Positions 1-12,314 of a stretch of DNA of 64,000 bases are shown here, one piece after another. Source of the stretch: Vermamoeba vermiformis. Taxonomy: Eukaryota. The DNA lies in the NCBI GenBank assembly GCA_045837725.1, contig JBEWZL010000244.1:62001-126000 (forward strand). The letters are read 5' to 3'. The notes beneath the pieces are model-generated. The model worked only from the letters and a program-made list of their open reading frames with translations. It did not search any database and was not told the DNA's origin. The translations under genes and the position numbers were made by a program. Within the stretch, counting starts at the first letter, position 1, and each line of letters starts with the position of its first letter.

Positions 1-622
1 CTTCTGGGTAGTATCTGCAGGAGGGTCCCAAGGCACTCCATTCTCGTGCAAGTACTTGACCATCGACAGACTACACGTTCCCTTCGTGCATTCAAACAAC
101 AGATCGGCGTTGAGCGAGAGGCCGTTGTTGACGAGGTGTTGCAAAACTTCCACTTGTCCGCATTGTGCTGCTACTAAACAAAGCTTCTCGGTCCATTCGA
201 AGTGCAACGTGTTCTTAACATAGTCTAGCAGTGAAATGAAGCCATTCTTGACCAAATATTCCATAAAGTTGTCTTGATCCAGAACAAAATACTTTGGGAA
301 CGGTCGCAATTCTTTGCATAGCTTGTACAACATAGAATTCGTTGCTCGTAGAAAAATAAAATCCGATATGCGAAGAGACTGCAAGATCACACCCCAGATA
401 TCTTTTGGAAGCGTGGATGTGTCAAACTTAATAATAAAATGTCAGTTAGAAAAATTGTTAGACAATTTATAAATTCGGATTATGCTCGTTTAAATTATTA
501 TCAATTAATTTATCTCAAATTTTGTCGGGATAAGATCTTACTTGACATTCGATCCTCGCTCTTTTGCTGCTTGTGTCTCCTTGGTTAATTGGATCAGAAG
601 CCTCGTCAAAAGTTCGTTTCAT
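1..622 (-). CDS. F-box protein with ankyrin-like repeats (3' end runs off window)
   Basis: ATG at 622 (MKRTFDEASD...), one intron, then F-box-like LPKDIWGVILQSL...LRATNSMLYKL and repeats WTEKLCLVAAQCGQVEVLQHL / SMVKYLHENGVPWD. Confidence 0.75.
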
Positions 623-911
623 GGACTTGCAATAACAAGGGGTTTGTTTTCTCGTTATGAAGTGTTTCTCAATCGATTGAGCGTGTTGACGATTAAAAAT
701 TGGGTACGGACGTGTCTGTCAACCCATCAACGCTTAAATGCACCACATTTGTTCATCAAAATGGTGGATCGAACGCGAACAGGGAGTTGATAGCGAGTAC
801 TGGACTTCAATGGTTTGCGCGTGTAGAACGTGACAAATTCTACAACATTGAAGCAACGTGCAGTGCGGAGTTACAGGTTGCGTCTTGCACGAACTGCAAG
901 CTAACTCGCTC

Positions 912-1084
912 GTTCGTTGTTTGCGTGCTCGCTCTTCAAGCAAAAAAAAAAAAGAAATACGCCCGCTGTGGGGCTCGAACCCACGACCACACGGTTAAGA
1001 GCCGTGCGCTCTACCGACTGAGCTAAGCGGGCTTGGCGTTGCGGAGAGGCAAAAATATTTTTGAGCCACACAACTTCGGCAAAC
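912..1084. repeat. 173-bp direct repeat, copy 1 (tRNA-Lys plus both flanks)
   Basis: Identical to 12081-12253, including the 12-A run; offset 11169 bp. Confidence 0.95.
960..1032 (-). tRNA. tRNA-Lys(CTT)
   Basis: 73-nt cloverleaf GCCCGCTTAGCTCAGTCGGTAGAGCGCACGGCT-CTT-AACCGTGTGGTCGTGGGTTCGAGCCCCACAGCGGGCG, with A/B boxes and a downstream T12 Pol III terminator. Confidence 0.97.
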
Positions 1085-1094
1085 AGACCACAGT

Positions 1095-2790
1095 TTATGC
1101 CGTTATGAGCATCATCATGGTTACAATAACTGTAACGCTCCACAAACAGTCCTCGTTTGCCGAAGAAACTTGTTGCTGTGGGGATTGGTATGGTTCTTGT
1201 TGTTGCGTTGTGGGTTGATATTGAGGTTCGTCACCAACAGGTGGAGTCAATACTTCTCCAAACGGTGCGATACCCATGCCACTGCAAGGTCCTGTAGGAT
1301 CGGGTACTAGTTGTCCTGTTTCGCTCGTCTGAAGGTTCGGGTCTGCAAAGACGTTGGTGTTTGTGAAGTTCGTGAAGTAGGCTTGAGTGTCAGTAATGTT
1401 GTGGAAGTCGATAGCTGTCGAAGGATACATAAAAACCCGTCCTATAATTTGATTTTGTGTATTATTGTTGACTTGAGGCCACCAACAATTCGCGTCGAAG
1501 TTGATCTCTTGAAAGTGAGGCCACGGTTGAACATTCGCCCAGAACGACATCTGTGTTGCATGCGCAAAGACGTTGTCGGTTATGAAAACGTTCGTTAAGT
1601 TCGTAAATGCTCTATAGAACAATAAGTCGTAGCCTTGAAGTGCGCGTTGAAAATGGCTCCATCCCGTGCCCATTCGAATGCACGAATTCTTCACGAAGTA
1701 GATCTCATACGATAACGAATTTGTCATATTTCCTGCATTCCACAGCTCAAAGCACTGCTCGCATTCAAAAATGTAGTTGTTCTCGAAGCGGATGTGGTGT
1801 TGAATGTTCGCGGAAAGTCCTTGTGCCGTCGTTGCAGTGTCATACACTTGACTGATAGTATTGTTCGCAATAAGAATGTGCGCGTTGCTTTCCCACATCT
1901 CGATTCCGTTGCCATATCTCGTCGTACCGCTGAGAATACTTCCACCGATATGTCTAATGTCGCAATCTGTCACGGTCACATTGTTTGCGTTGTTCATTTG
2001 AATGCCGTGACTGCCACCGTAAATCAACTCCAAATTACGTATAATGACGTTGTTTGCGTGAACGAAGATAATGTTTCCTCTGTACGCAGCTTCAATCGAG
2101 TAATGTAACGTCGCTGGATTTGAAGGCGATTTCATCACGACTTTTTTCGTTGTGGTGTTCCAAGCGAACTGATTGTCTGACACAATTAATGACTCGTTAA
2201 TGACTTTATATGCTTTGTCTGTTGCATTGGCGAAGTGGTTGAAGACGATGTTGCCTACGTCTGCCGGAAATGTCACGGTCGATTGCCATAACGAAGGTCC
2301 TATGAGATCATACGTGTCATTAAGGATCCATGACGTTTTGACACTTGCCGAAAACTTATATTAAATTTAAATCGCACTTGCATGTATTATTATTATTCGC
2401 AATGTATATGATATGCAGTAGCAATATAAAATGGTATAAAGCAGGTCGGAGGGATGAACACTTACCGATCTGTTCCCAATCGCTTTCGTTGCTCAATGAC
2501 AAGGACATCATAAGACGTGGCTTCGGTCCTTCTCCATAGGCATCATATATAACTGGATTGTCTATTTGTCCGCTTTTGGCACTCACACTTCCACGCCAAG
2601 ATCCACCTCGTGCAAATAGAATTCGATCTCCGCCAATAAGACTGGCATTTTGAACTCTTGCTAGTGTCTGCCAAGCATATTCAGGACTGGTGCCATTATT
2701 CGTGTCGAATCCAAGCTCGCTGTCAACGAAATAATCTATCGCGACTACGCTCGTTACCAACGCCAAAATTAGATAACTAAAATACTTCAT
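1095..2790 (-). CDS. Secreted, probably GPI-anchored right-handed parallel beta-helix (pectate-lyase-like fold) protein
   Basis: Signal peptide MKYFSYLILALVTSVVA; YFVDSELGFDTNNGTSPEYAWQTL...GDRILFARGGSWRG; PbH1-like repeats; intron 2300-2465; Pro/Gln linker and hydrophobic C-terminus. Confidence 0.8.
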
Positions 2791-3390
2791 TTTGTAATAA
2801 ATTAAGCCGGCGATAGTTCTAGAAAATAACAATCGTCAGAATAAACGACCAGAGCAGAACGATCTGCTTTCTAGACTTACATTCCACTCCTTCGCGTTAT
2901 TCCTGGAACCTGCTAACTAACTTGCGGAATAAACGTGTTCGTGTATTGATTGATTTAAATAATAATAAAGCGATTCTACGGGACGTCAATTGTGACCGAT
3001 TTTTTTATACCCACAGACCTGGATTGTTTATCCTTAGTATCCAGTCAGTAAATATTATAAATATTTATTATTTAATAAGAGCGACTTACGTGTAATATTT
3101 AGCGCCAAGTAACTAAAATCAAATGAAAAATACGCGTTTGAACCATCCCTCTCGGACGGCGATGGATACAAATATTACTGGCTTGGATCGCCATCATTTG
3201 TTACTTTTTCTTTGCCATGGACTGGTCTACAGGTCTGATCAAAAAAAGAAAATGACTATTTTTAGGTCACCAACCAATTAATCAATTTCAGAGTTTTACT
3301 TTGCTAGTAGGAGCAGAGATTCTTATTCGTACCCGAAAAACTAGTCAGTAAGATACCGATTTTCGATCCAGATCAAACCCGTACCGACCA

Positions 3391-5404
3391 ATGGAAGAGA
3401 TAAAAGTCAAGGGTTATCGCACGGTCACTATTCCACCAACTGGCCCGATGGCTCATTATGCCAATGTTCCTTTCTACTACTCATTTGCACGTGATCTTAG
3501 CAAGTAAGCCTTACATTTATTCTAATATTCTTAAAATTTAAACAATACAGATAATAAATATTAGAATTAATATGGGTGTTGCAAAAAATGCCGAAAAATT
3601 AATTATGAAGATATTGATAGAAAAAAATAATTAGATCTGATCTCTGAGAATATTTTTAGAACGTCAACTGACATATCTGCAGTTACGAACACGCTGAAAA
3701 GCTCGTTAATGATGGCTCCAATATTACCTACGATACGCTCGCCAAATATGAAGGCCACGCGGTATTTTACAAAACAAAGGATCCCGAAGAAAAGAGCGGC
3801 AGCGTCATTGCTTTGAAACCAGGAAAAGGCTATATTTCGATCATTGAGAAGGACGCTATTATGATGAAAATAGATTTTAGTTCCTTAGAATGGATCGCTT
3901 TGGGTAAGCAAGATGCGCAACAAAAATTTTATTTTCTAAACAATTATTAATGCTTCTATTGTAGCTAAGTATGTAGTCAAGCGAAAAGAGCGCGTTCCAT
4001 CGTCCGAACCAATCGTACCGTTAGTCCTTGAACCTTTGCACGAAGATCTTGCCGTCAATATTATTCGCCATTTGCCGGATGAAGATCTGTGTTTGTACGC
4101 GACTGTCAGCAAGACGTGGTACAAGTATGTCCAATATATTATAATATATACTCTATAATATTAATGATACTAATAGATTGTGCAACTCGCCTATCGTTTG
4201 GGAGACGTGTTTCCGAATGAAATTTAACGTGCCTGCCGATTACACGCCGCTAGCTAAAGGTAATTCCCTTTAATATCATATACTTAGTATCATATTCATA
4301 TGACGCAATCTTATTGCTGTCGTCGATTAGCGAGCGGATCCGATCTGATCTAAGATTATTGTAGGTGGTTGGAAAGAAGAATATCAAGAGTGGTGCGAAG
4401 TCGAAAAGTTTGCCGATAAGGTCTACATATATAATACGGCCTCTGATCCAGGTTTGACCACATCTTTTTACACGGGCGGATCCGATATCGAAAGTTGACA
4501 CGTGTCATTTCAATAGGTCAAGCTCACACCACACGCTACTTGTTACACCACAAGAAACATCCAATCAATGACGCTGCCTGGCGCTACTACACTACTTTGT
4601 TAGGCTGCGCTATTGAGTCAGGTGACCTCGGCATGGTCAAGCACTTGATCCACTATGGCGCGGATGTAAACCAACATCACACGCGTGAGGGATGGACGCC
4701 TTTATTCACCGCGATTAAGAAACGTCAATTTGAGATTGCAAAGTACTTGGTTGACGAGCACAAATGCGTCATTGAAGAAAATGAACTTGAAGAGGCTTTG
4801 ATGTTCGTTGTTGGCAGTGACGCGCTTGACATGTTCAAATTTTTGATTGAAAAAGGTACGGTATAACTTTGGTCATATTAATGTATTTATAATAACCTTA
4901 ATGATGCAGCTGGCGCTGGAGCTAAATTAGCGTCGGATCCGCGAGAGTTTGGTTCACTTTTATCAATCGCCACGTCAAATATTGCAGTAGAAGTCTTAGA
5001 AGAAATGCTTAAGGTACCTGGATTAAGCGCGCAAGGCCAAGATCAGCAGGCTGTTAATACTGTTCTTCAAGTTTGGCTCCAGGACTTTGGGTGAGTTAAC
5101 GGATCCAAAAATAGGAATAGAAAAAATGACTTCAATAGAGATTAATTGAACTCCATTTAGGTGGTTTACATTGCCCACGATAACTTCTGATATATTAAGA
5201 ATGGTTAAGGCCTTAATTTCTTTCGGGTTTCCTAAGAATTTGACTGGAGAAGGCGGCAAGACTCCTCTGCAGATGTTAGAGCAGAAAATTCAGCTTATGA
5301 ACGGCAATACCGGCGAGACTTTAAGACCAGAGCATAAGGAACAATTCTTGCTCGCAAAGGAAGATCCACAACTGGACGAGATCCGAACTTTGTTAAGCGA
5401 TTAA
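3391..5404 (+). CDS. F-box and ankyrin-repeat protein (multi-exon)
   Basis: F-box LHEDLAVNIIRHLPDEDLCLYATVSKTW; ankyrin repeats AIESGDLGMVKHLIHYGADVN and GWTPLFTAIKKRQFEIAKYLV. Confidence 0.8.
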
Positions 5405-5508
5405 GGCTGAGACCCTGTTTGATCAATTAAAAGCTTTTCCTATAATACAATTACTTTATTTCGCACTATTTACATTATATACTACGCAGAATCTTCTATT
5501 TCATTAAT

Positions 5509-6114
5509 TTACGCGGCAATGACCCTGACGTAGTGATCGCCCGTACCTGTTGGCCTTGTAGATAATCGAGAATGCTTCACGAGTAGGATAAACTCGATAG
5601 AAAATAACATTATGCTGATAATTGGAACCAATAAAAGAACTATCCCAATCCAAACGGCAACTCCAGTCGAAGCGACTACAGAAGGCGATCCAGATATTAA
5701 GATACCAATCAAATGCCGTAAATGATGATAAGAGCAATATCGTACAGAACTATAACTCCACATACTAAATAAATGCAAGTTAGTTTCAAACGTCAAAACG
5801 TCAGATGCAGCGATCGCAATTTATTTGGAAATGTCTTTAGATTATTCAATCGGGCTATCGAATTGGGTAATAATGCATAATTGATACTTACTGATGGTGG
5901 CAGCTATCAAAATGCTTCCTTCATATGTTCTGGCTCCAATAATTGCTAAAACACAAACAACGATCTGCGCAACTATTCCACAAAAAGAAAGGCTTGCTCG
6001 TGTCTTTTCCGTGGATGACGCCAGTGATATTAGCGTAAATATAAACCCAATACATGACACTATCAGCAGTATAACTGAAAGGCTGTACAAGCCACTCGCA
6101 TAAACTTTTGACAT
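5509..6114 (-). CDS. Small multi-pass membrane protein, function unknown
   Basis: Two exons with several long hydrophobic segments; no family recognised. Confidence 0.6.
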
Positions 6115-6444
6115 TTCGGATCGGCTTTGTGTGTCGTGTGACCTTGTAAGTTTAACAGAATGAATTTGAGACCGACTAGTTTTTCTGATATTTATTTTTT
6201 TCTTGGAGCGAAATCTCGAGCAGGGCTTTAGAAAATCGCGAAGGTTCCTATTTTTCGAAGTTTACGAAGCACGTGGCCTTTTGAGATTCTTGAGATGGAT
6301 CTCAGTAAAAGTTTGTGAATGTTCTCTTACTACCACGTCGACCACAATCGAACGATATTTAATAATTATAATTCAAGCGCAATATTATTTGGAGACGGAT
6401 GCTAGAGTACTGGCTCTATAGGCCAAAGGTATTATTACTACAAA

Positions 6445-7811
6445 TTACAGTTTAGAAAATACAGAAAAATTCTTCTCGGCTTCTCCGAGCTCAGCAGCAA
6501 GCAATTTTTTGTACGCAGGTGCATACAACTCGATCTTCAATGCTTTCAATGTTGGCTTATCCTTCGATGTTAGACCTTGTACGAATTTTACGGATTCAAC
6601 TAATACTTGAGATGCACTGGCTGCGCCATCGATAACACCTACGTGGGTAAACAAATGAGGTCATGAATCCACGAAAACTTCGCCAGTACGTGCTCAAGAT
6701 AATCAGGATAAGACGTGATATTATGCATAATATAGTATTATGTGAGCTATTATTATGTTATCAGGATGTACCCAATTCACAAACTAGAAAAATACGAAGG
6801 TGACAACGTACCCATTTTGTGAGCTTCGACACCACCGACCTTATTGCCGAATAACATCAACTCACGAAGATATACAGGGTCGGATACCTTGGCCCTAATA
6901 TTGTAAATTAGAAAACTATTTAGAATGTTTTTCAGACAATTCGTTTTCGAAATGTGATTTCGATTGACCAGGCGCGAGATATTTTTACGAGTTTCGTAAT
7001 TGGCAATACTCACTTCAATAATTCCATCAAGCCAGGAGGCACTGCTAGCTTCAAATCGATCTCAGGCAAACAGAAGAATCCGCGATCTTGGCGCATGACA
7101 CGATAATCATGAGCCAAGGCAAAGAATGCAGCTCCTATGATTACGAAACATAAGTACGATATCTATGATGTTAATTCGAATACTTGCCTGCATAACAGTG
7201 TCCATTGATAGCTGCAACGGTCGGCACTAGGTAGATGTAGTTAGTTGCAAGTCAGACCGGGTCAAATTGCTTCGCCTTACCAGGGAATACGAGCAAACGT
7301 GCAATTAATGATTGAAATTGAATCATGAAATCGTTCAGTGCCTTGGCATCATGTCTGGAAAATGAGTCGTTAGATCGCGTTACGAAGCGGAAGCGGAGTC
7401 TCGTCCGTAATACGTACCCAACAGTCATTAAATAGGGAATATCTAGACCAGTTGAATAAAACTTTTCTTGACCACCTGTTGTTACGAGAGCAACGCCATC
7501 TGGGCATCTAAAAACAATTTACTTCAGCACCTCCAAAAAAATTAAATGGGTTTGGCCTTTATTACTAAGCAAGTCCTTAAACAAGATTTCACATATTGCG
7601 CTAATTTCAAAAATGGGGTTGGCTTAAAATATCGCTGGGAACTTGCAATTTCACAAACTTACTTTTCAACGTAATCTAATGCAGCATTAAGATCGTTCAT
7701 AAAATTAGGATTGAACTTGTTTTCTCCATTGAGCATCGTCAGAATGAATATGTCTCTGATCCGGGTGATCTTGGTGGATTTGTTGCTGTAAACCTCCTTA
7801 ACATCAGCCAT
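6445..7811 (-). CDS. ECI: Peroxisomal enoyl-CoA delta isomerase (crotonase superfamily)
   Basis: Spliced motifs KFYSTGLD, PTVAAINGHCYAGAAFFALAHDYRVM, FCLPEIDL; C-terminal PTS1 -SKL; one GC-AG intron (7135-7187). Confidence 0.88.
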
Positions 7812-8042
7812 ATTTATTTCCGCTAAGATACCACTAATAATATACAAGTGTTCGTGTGGTTTGTTCTTTCAAATCAAATTGAATGCCCAAACGACGCTTT
7901 TTATGGCGGAGGCGCAACCCAAATTTCACCGCGCACACACTTTCACACATTGAATTCTAGCCCGGAAAACCATTATATCGTATGTCGGGAGTATAAATGT
8001 AATATGGACGGCAGTCTTATGCCAAAGATGTATGGTAGGATG

Positions 8043-11000
8043 TTACTTGGAAGTATCTATAAGGTCTCGCAGGTTCGGAGAAGTAGGCAGTCCACCAACA
8101 CGATCCGACAAGTTAAAATCCTTCTTTAGCGCATCCAACCTCGTGCAAATATCCGAGAATGCCTAAATATAGTAGTTAGATACTATAGCAGCACAAAAAA
8201 ACCTCGCTATCGATTTCGAATGGACGTACTGGTCTTTGCTCAGGATCCATTTGCCAACAGCTCTTCATTATCTCACAAAGTTCTTGGGGCACGCTCTCAT
8301 CAATGTTTGCCTCATCAGGTGTCATTCCTTCATCTCTGATCTTCGGTCCAACGTCGAGCACGCTCTTGCCTTTGTACGGCTCTTGTCGCGCCAGTACCTC
8401 GTACATTAGAATGCCGAATGACCATACATCTACCAAGGGCTTAATAAGACCTTCTTATATGTGCAAAAGTTCTTTGACGTACCTGTCTTAAAGCTATACT
8501 TTTGTGATTTCAACGATTCAGGTGCCTATCGAAATACCAGTTAGATTACTCGTACTACGCGTGTAGATCTGTTAAACCTACCATCCAGCAGACAGGTCCG
8601 ACAGTTGAATCTGTTTGACCGCTTGTAGTTTCGACTAGCCGCGAGAATCCAAAGTCCTGAATGCACAAAATGTCAGTTCTAAACTCGCGGAATAGAACGC
8701 ACTAAGAGCACTTACCGCTACTTTAGGCTCGCCAGAAGATGAAAGCTAAGAGGCAAAAATAAGTCACGAGAAGTATATTAAATAGTGCAGGCACGTACCA
8801 ATACGTTTCTGGCTGCAATGTCACGATGCACTACGTTGTTATTGTGCAAGTGGAGAATACCTCGTGCAATGCCAGCGATTAAAGTCAATTGTTGCTGGAC
8901 TGTAAGTGGTTTTGAGTGGTCAAAAACAATCTTGTCCATTCCTCCGCCGCTGCAGTACTCGAGTACTAGTAACGGAATAACACCTTCGTAGCTGTATCCC
9001 AAGATTTGGACGACGTTTGGATGCGGTGTCAAGTGCCTAAAAGTACGTCAAAAACAATTAAAAAAACACGTGTTTGAGTCACACTTACAGCATCAATTCC
9101 AGCTCTTTTTCGAAAGTGACAGTGCCGGCAGCAGTCGCTACTTTTATAGCTACAGTAGTCGAGTTCCATTCCTAAAGTAATGACGTGAGTTCGTGTTTGA
9201 CCGTGTAACGTGTCACCAAAACTTACCCCAAGATAAACTCGGCCGTAGCTTCCTTTGCCAATCTCTTTCCCGATCATGAGATTGCCGCGCGGAATATTCA
9301 TTCTATCGCCCTTTGGTGACGTGTTGACTGGATTAGTGACCGTCATTTCTTGTTTGGTGTCGGGCAAAGAAACAATGGAGGTGTAATTAGTTTCTAAGAA
9401 AATTTAGCCATTTAGTGGTATTATAAGCACGAGTACATACCCATCGAAGGCTCGTTCTGGCTATTAATGCGTTTTCTGTCTTTCTTCTTTTGTTTCCTTT
9501 GCAACAATAAAATTACCAACACCGCAACTGCCGCGGATCCAACGACTGGTACAATAACAGCTGGAGCTATGACACTAGCATCTGCTGCCGGTGCTGTTAC
9601 TGGCGCATCCACTGGCTCAGCAATAGGAACCTCGACAGCTGTTGCAAATTGTTAGTCAAATTCAAACTCAGGCGACAAGATGATTGTTAGTCAAATTATC
9701 CAATGATTGTCTAACGGCTTACTAGTAGGAGGATTTAAAATGGTGATAAAATCGCTCAGACATGCTGACGCAGCGTTGAATGAGGTCGAAGACAGTGTTA
9801 TTTCTCTGTGAAGCGAATAGCCGGGCCATTGAATCCTGCCGTTGTACTTGATTCGGAACCTGCGTGCTCATTAGCTATATTTGACAGGGACCTATATTTC
9901 GTACCTATATAGAGTAGACGAGTTCCTATATAAAGCCAAGTTGAAAGATTTGATAACAGTCTCTTCCATATAGTTGTCGGGTGTCACAGTTGCCACTGTT
10001 TGAAACACTGGTTCGAACAAATTTGCAACTTGTAACTCCATGCTTGCGGTCCAATTATAGCGCCTAAACTGCATAGTAATACCCATGGACCCGCTTGTTG
10101 AGCACAAATCGACTCGTGGTGGACCTATATAAATTGTTAGTTGGATCCACCAAAAAAATTGGATCTTACTCCAGAGAACCGTCATGTATCGATAATTTGC
10201 CGAAGCTGCTCCAGTAATATCTAATATAGGCTTTTCTATGTCAAATCCAAATAGGTCGTCTTTTGAGAACGGTATGCCGTTTTGCGCGTGGTAGCTTCTT
10301 ATGCTCGTGTCGTTCGAGCAACAAAAAGTCAATGCGTAAGAAAATCCATCAGGTGATAAAGTGAACGTCGCCTATAATAATAATTTAGCATTTAGTGCCT
10401 ATTTGAATCATAACTAAGCACATACTATATCGTGATTATACAGCTGCTGCGTGACTCCTCCGTTAACATCTAGCGTACGAATAGCATCGGGGCTTGTTGA
10501 ATCTATGCTACTCGTTATATTTCATATAATAAGAAGAAATGTATATCAAAGCTTACAAAATTGAGAAACATAAAGCGTATCCGGATCGAGCGGATCGCCG
10601 ATCATTTGAAAAACTATCCAACCCGCCTTGATCAAGTGTAACGATCCATCAGTTTCTAAAATATAATACTGGCATTAGTATAAATTATTGATACGAAACT
10701 CTTGTGTACCATTTATGAAATGAATGCCGGCGCTGTTCTGTCCGTAAAGTTTGTTTGTCAAAGGCGAGACAGTAACAGCTGGAAAACTGTCGCTTCCAGA
10801 AGCGTTATTCAGCATCGTAAATTGACCCGTTTTGGAGTTATATGTATAAAGTCCTAAATTGCAATGCATTAGTATACCGTGACAGTTGTCAGCAGCTTGA
10901 TTCTGTGGCCATTTAAGGGAAATCGATAGAAATTAATAATAACAAGACTTTTATAACTGTTAATATTGGTCATTATTAAATACGCACCTTGGACAGTTCC

Positions 11001-11605
11001 GCTCACGATTTCAAATTGAGTGCGATCTATCGCTTTTACTGTGATCGCGTAGCCATAACCAGGCCAAGGTGAAGCAATCGTGTCCACCGTAGATTCTACG
11101 CAAAGTTATTAATAACGCTGGTTGAAACCGTAAAATTGGTTAGCAGTAATCTTACGGGTGGCAGGATTATCGATCTGATATCCCGAAGTAGTCTGTGTAT
11201 AGAACAGCCCGTCCAAATAATTATACGTTCCTGTTTGGGACAAGACAGTTTTCTGTTGCGTATCAACTTCTGCCAAAACCAACGTTAATTACGCTCCGTA
11301 ATAATTAAGTATTGATTCGATCCATGAAATTGTCAATTAATGTTAAATTCGTTATTATTATAATAACGAATGTACTAATTAACTTACTGCCAAACCACGA
11401 TAATAGCGTCCCATTTTCCCCAAAAGCGAAAATGCCAGGAGAGTAGTTGGCATCCCCAGTAATGACATAAAATATTCGCTGCGAATCTTAATCATAATTG
11501 ATTAGTTGCTATTGCATTAATGTTCGAACAAGGTACCACTAATGCTATTTACTTACTTGCTAGTGAAATCAATAGGAACACAACACAAAACGTGATCTGT
11601 TTCAT
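8043..11605 (-). CDS. Single-pass receptor tyrosine-kinase-like protein kinase
   Basis: Signal peptide MKQITFCVVFLLISLA; ectodomain; TM helix followed by QRKQKKK; kinase motifs GKGSYGRVY, HRDIAARNVL, DFG, GPVCWMAPE, DVWSFG. Confidence 0.9.
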
Positions 11606-12080
11606 TTATATTTCTGGTATTCTTAAGTCTCAGTTTAACTTGAGTGGTGTTTCATTGAGTAATTATTGTGTTCTGTTGCATACGAAACATACTGTGAATT
11701 GATTGCAAAATATCGTGACGTTAGTGCACTCGGCGCCGAAAATAGACAGCATTTGAAAGCTCGATGAAAACGTTGGCGACTTGCAAGTTTTCCCATTAAG
11801 AGTAAGATCAAACTTGTCATGAACCCATGTTCCTTTTGGTGGCAACCGGCACCTACAAAATACAAGTTGTTAGATCACCAACACAAAAGCGTTGCAATGG
11901 AGCAAAATATGGTAGGAATATAGTAACGTTTCGCTCCTTAGCACCCAGGCGCAGTTGTTTGCAATTAAAATCTTCCAACACGAACTGGTCCAATAAACTA
12001 GTTTGGCTAAAATATTTGGCATAAATAACAAGCCGGACGCAACCAAAAATACCTAATAACGAACTTGTTTGTTGCTTGCA

Positions 12081-12253
12081 GTTCGTTGTTTGCGTGCTCG
12101 CTCTTCAAGCAAAAAAAAAAAAGAAATACGCCCGCTGTGGGGCTCGAACCCACGACCACACGGTTAAGAGCCGTGCGCTCTACCGACTGAGCTAAGCGGG
12201 CTTGGCGTTGCGGAGAGGCAAAAATATTTTTGAGCCACACAACTTCGGCAAAC
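12081..12253. repeat. 173-bp direct repeat, copy 2
   Basis: Identical to 912-1084. Confidence 0.95.
12129..12201 (-). tRNA. tRNA-Lys(CTT), second identical copy
   Basis: Same sequence and oligo-T terminator as 960-1032. Confidence 0.97.
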
Positions 12254-12314
12254 CCTCGAAGATACCCCAGGCGATATTTGGATAAAACGTGTCGATATTG
12301 CAGCTGCGTACCTT

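Noticed and set aside
700-1218. Short ORFs spanning the tRNA (also 12007-12393 and the start of 55427-55759)
   Set aside because: They are translations of tRNA and flank sequence.
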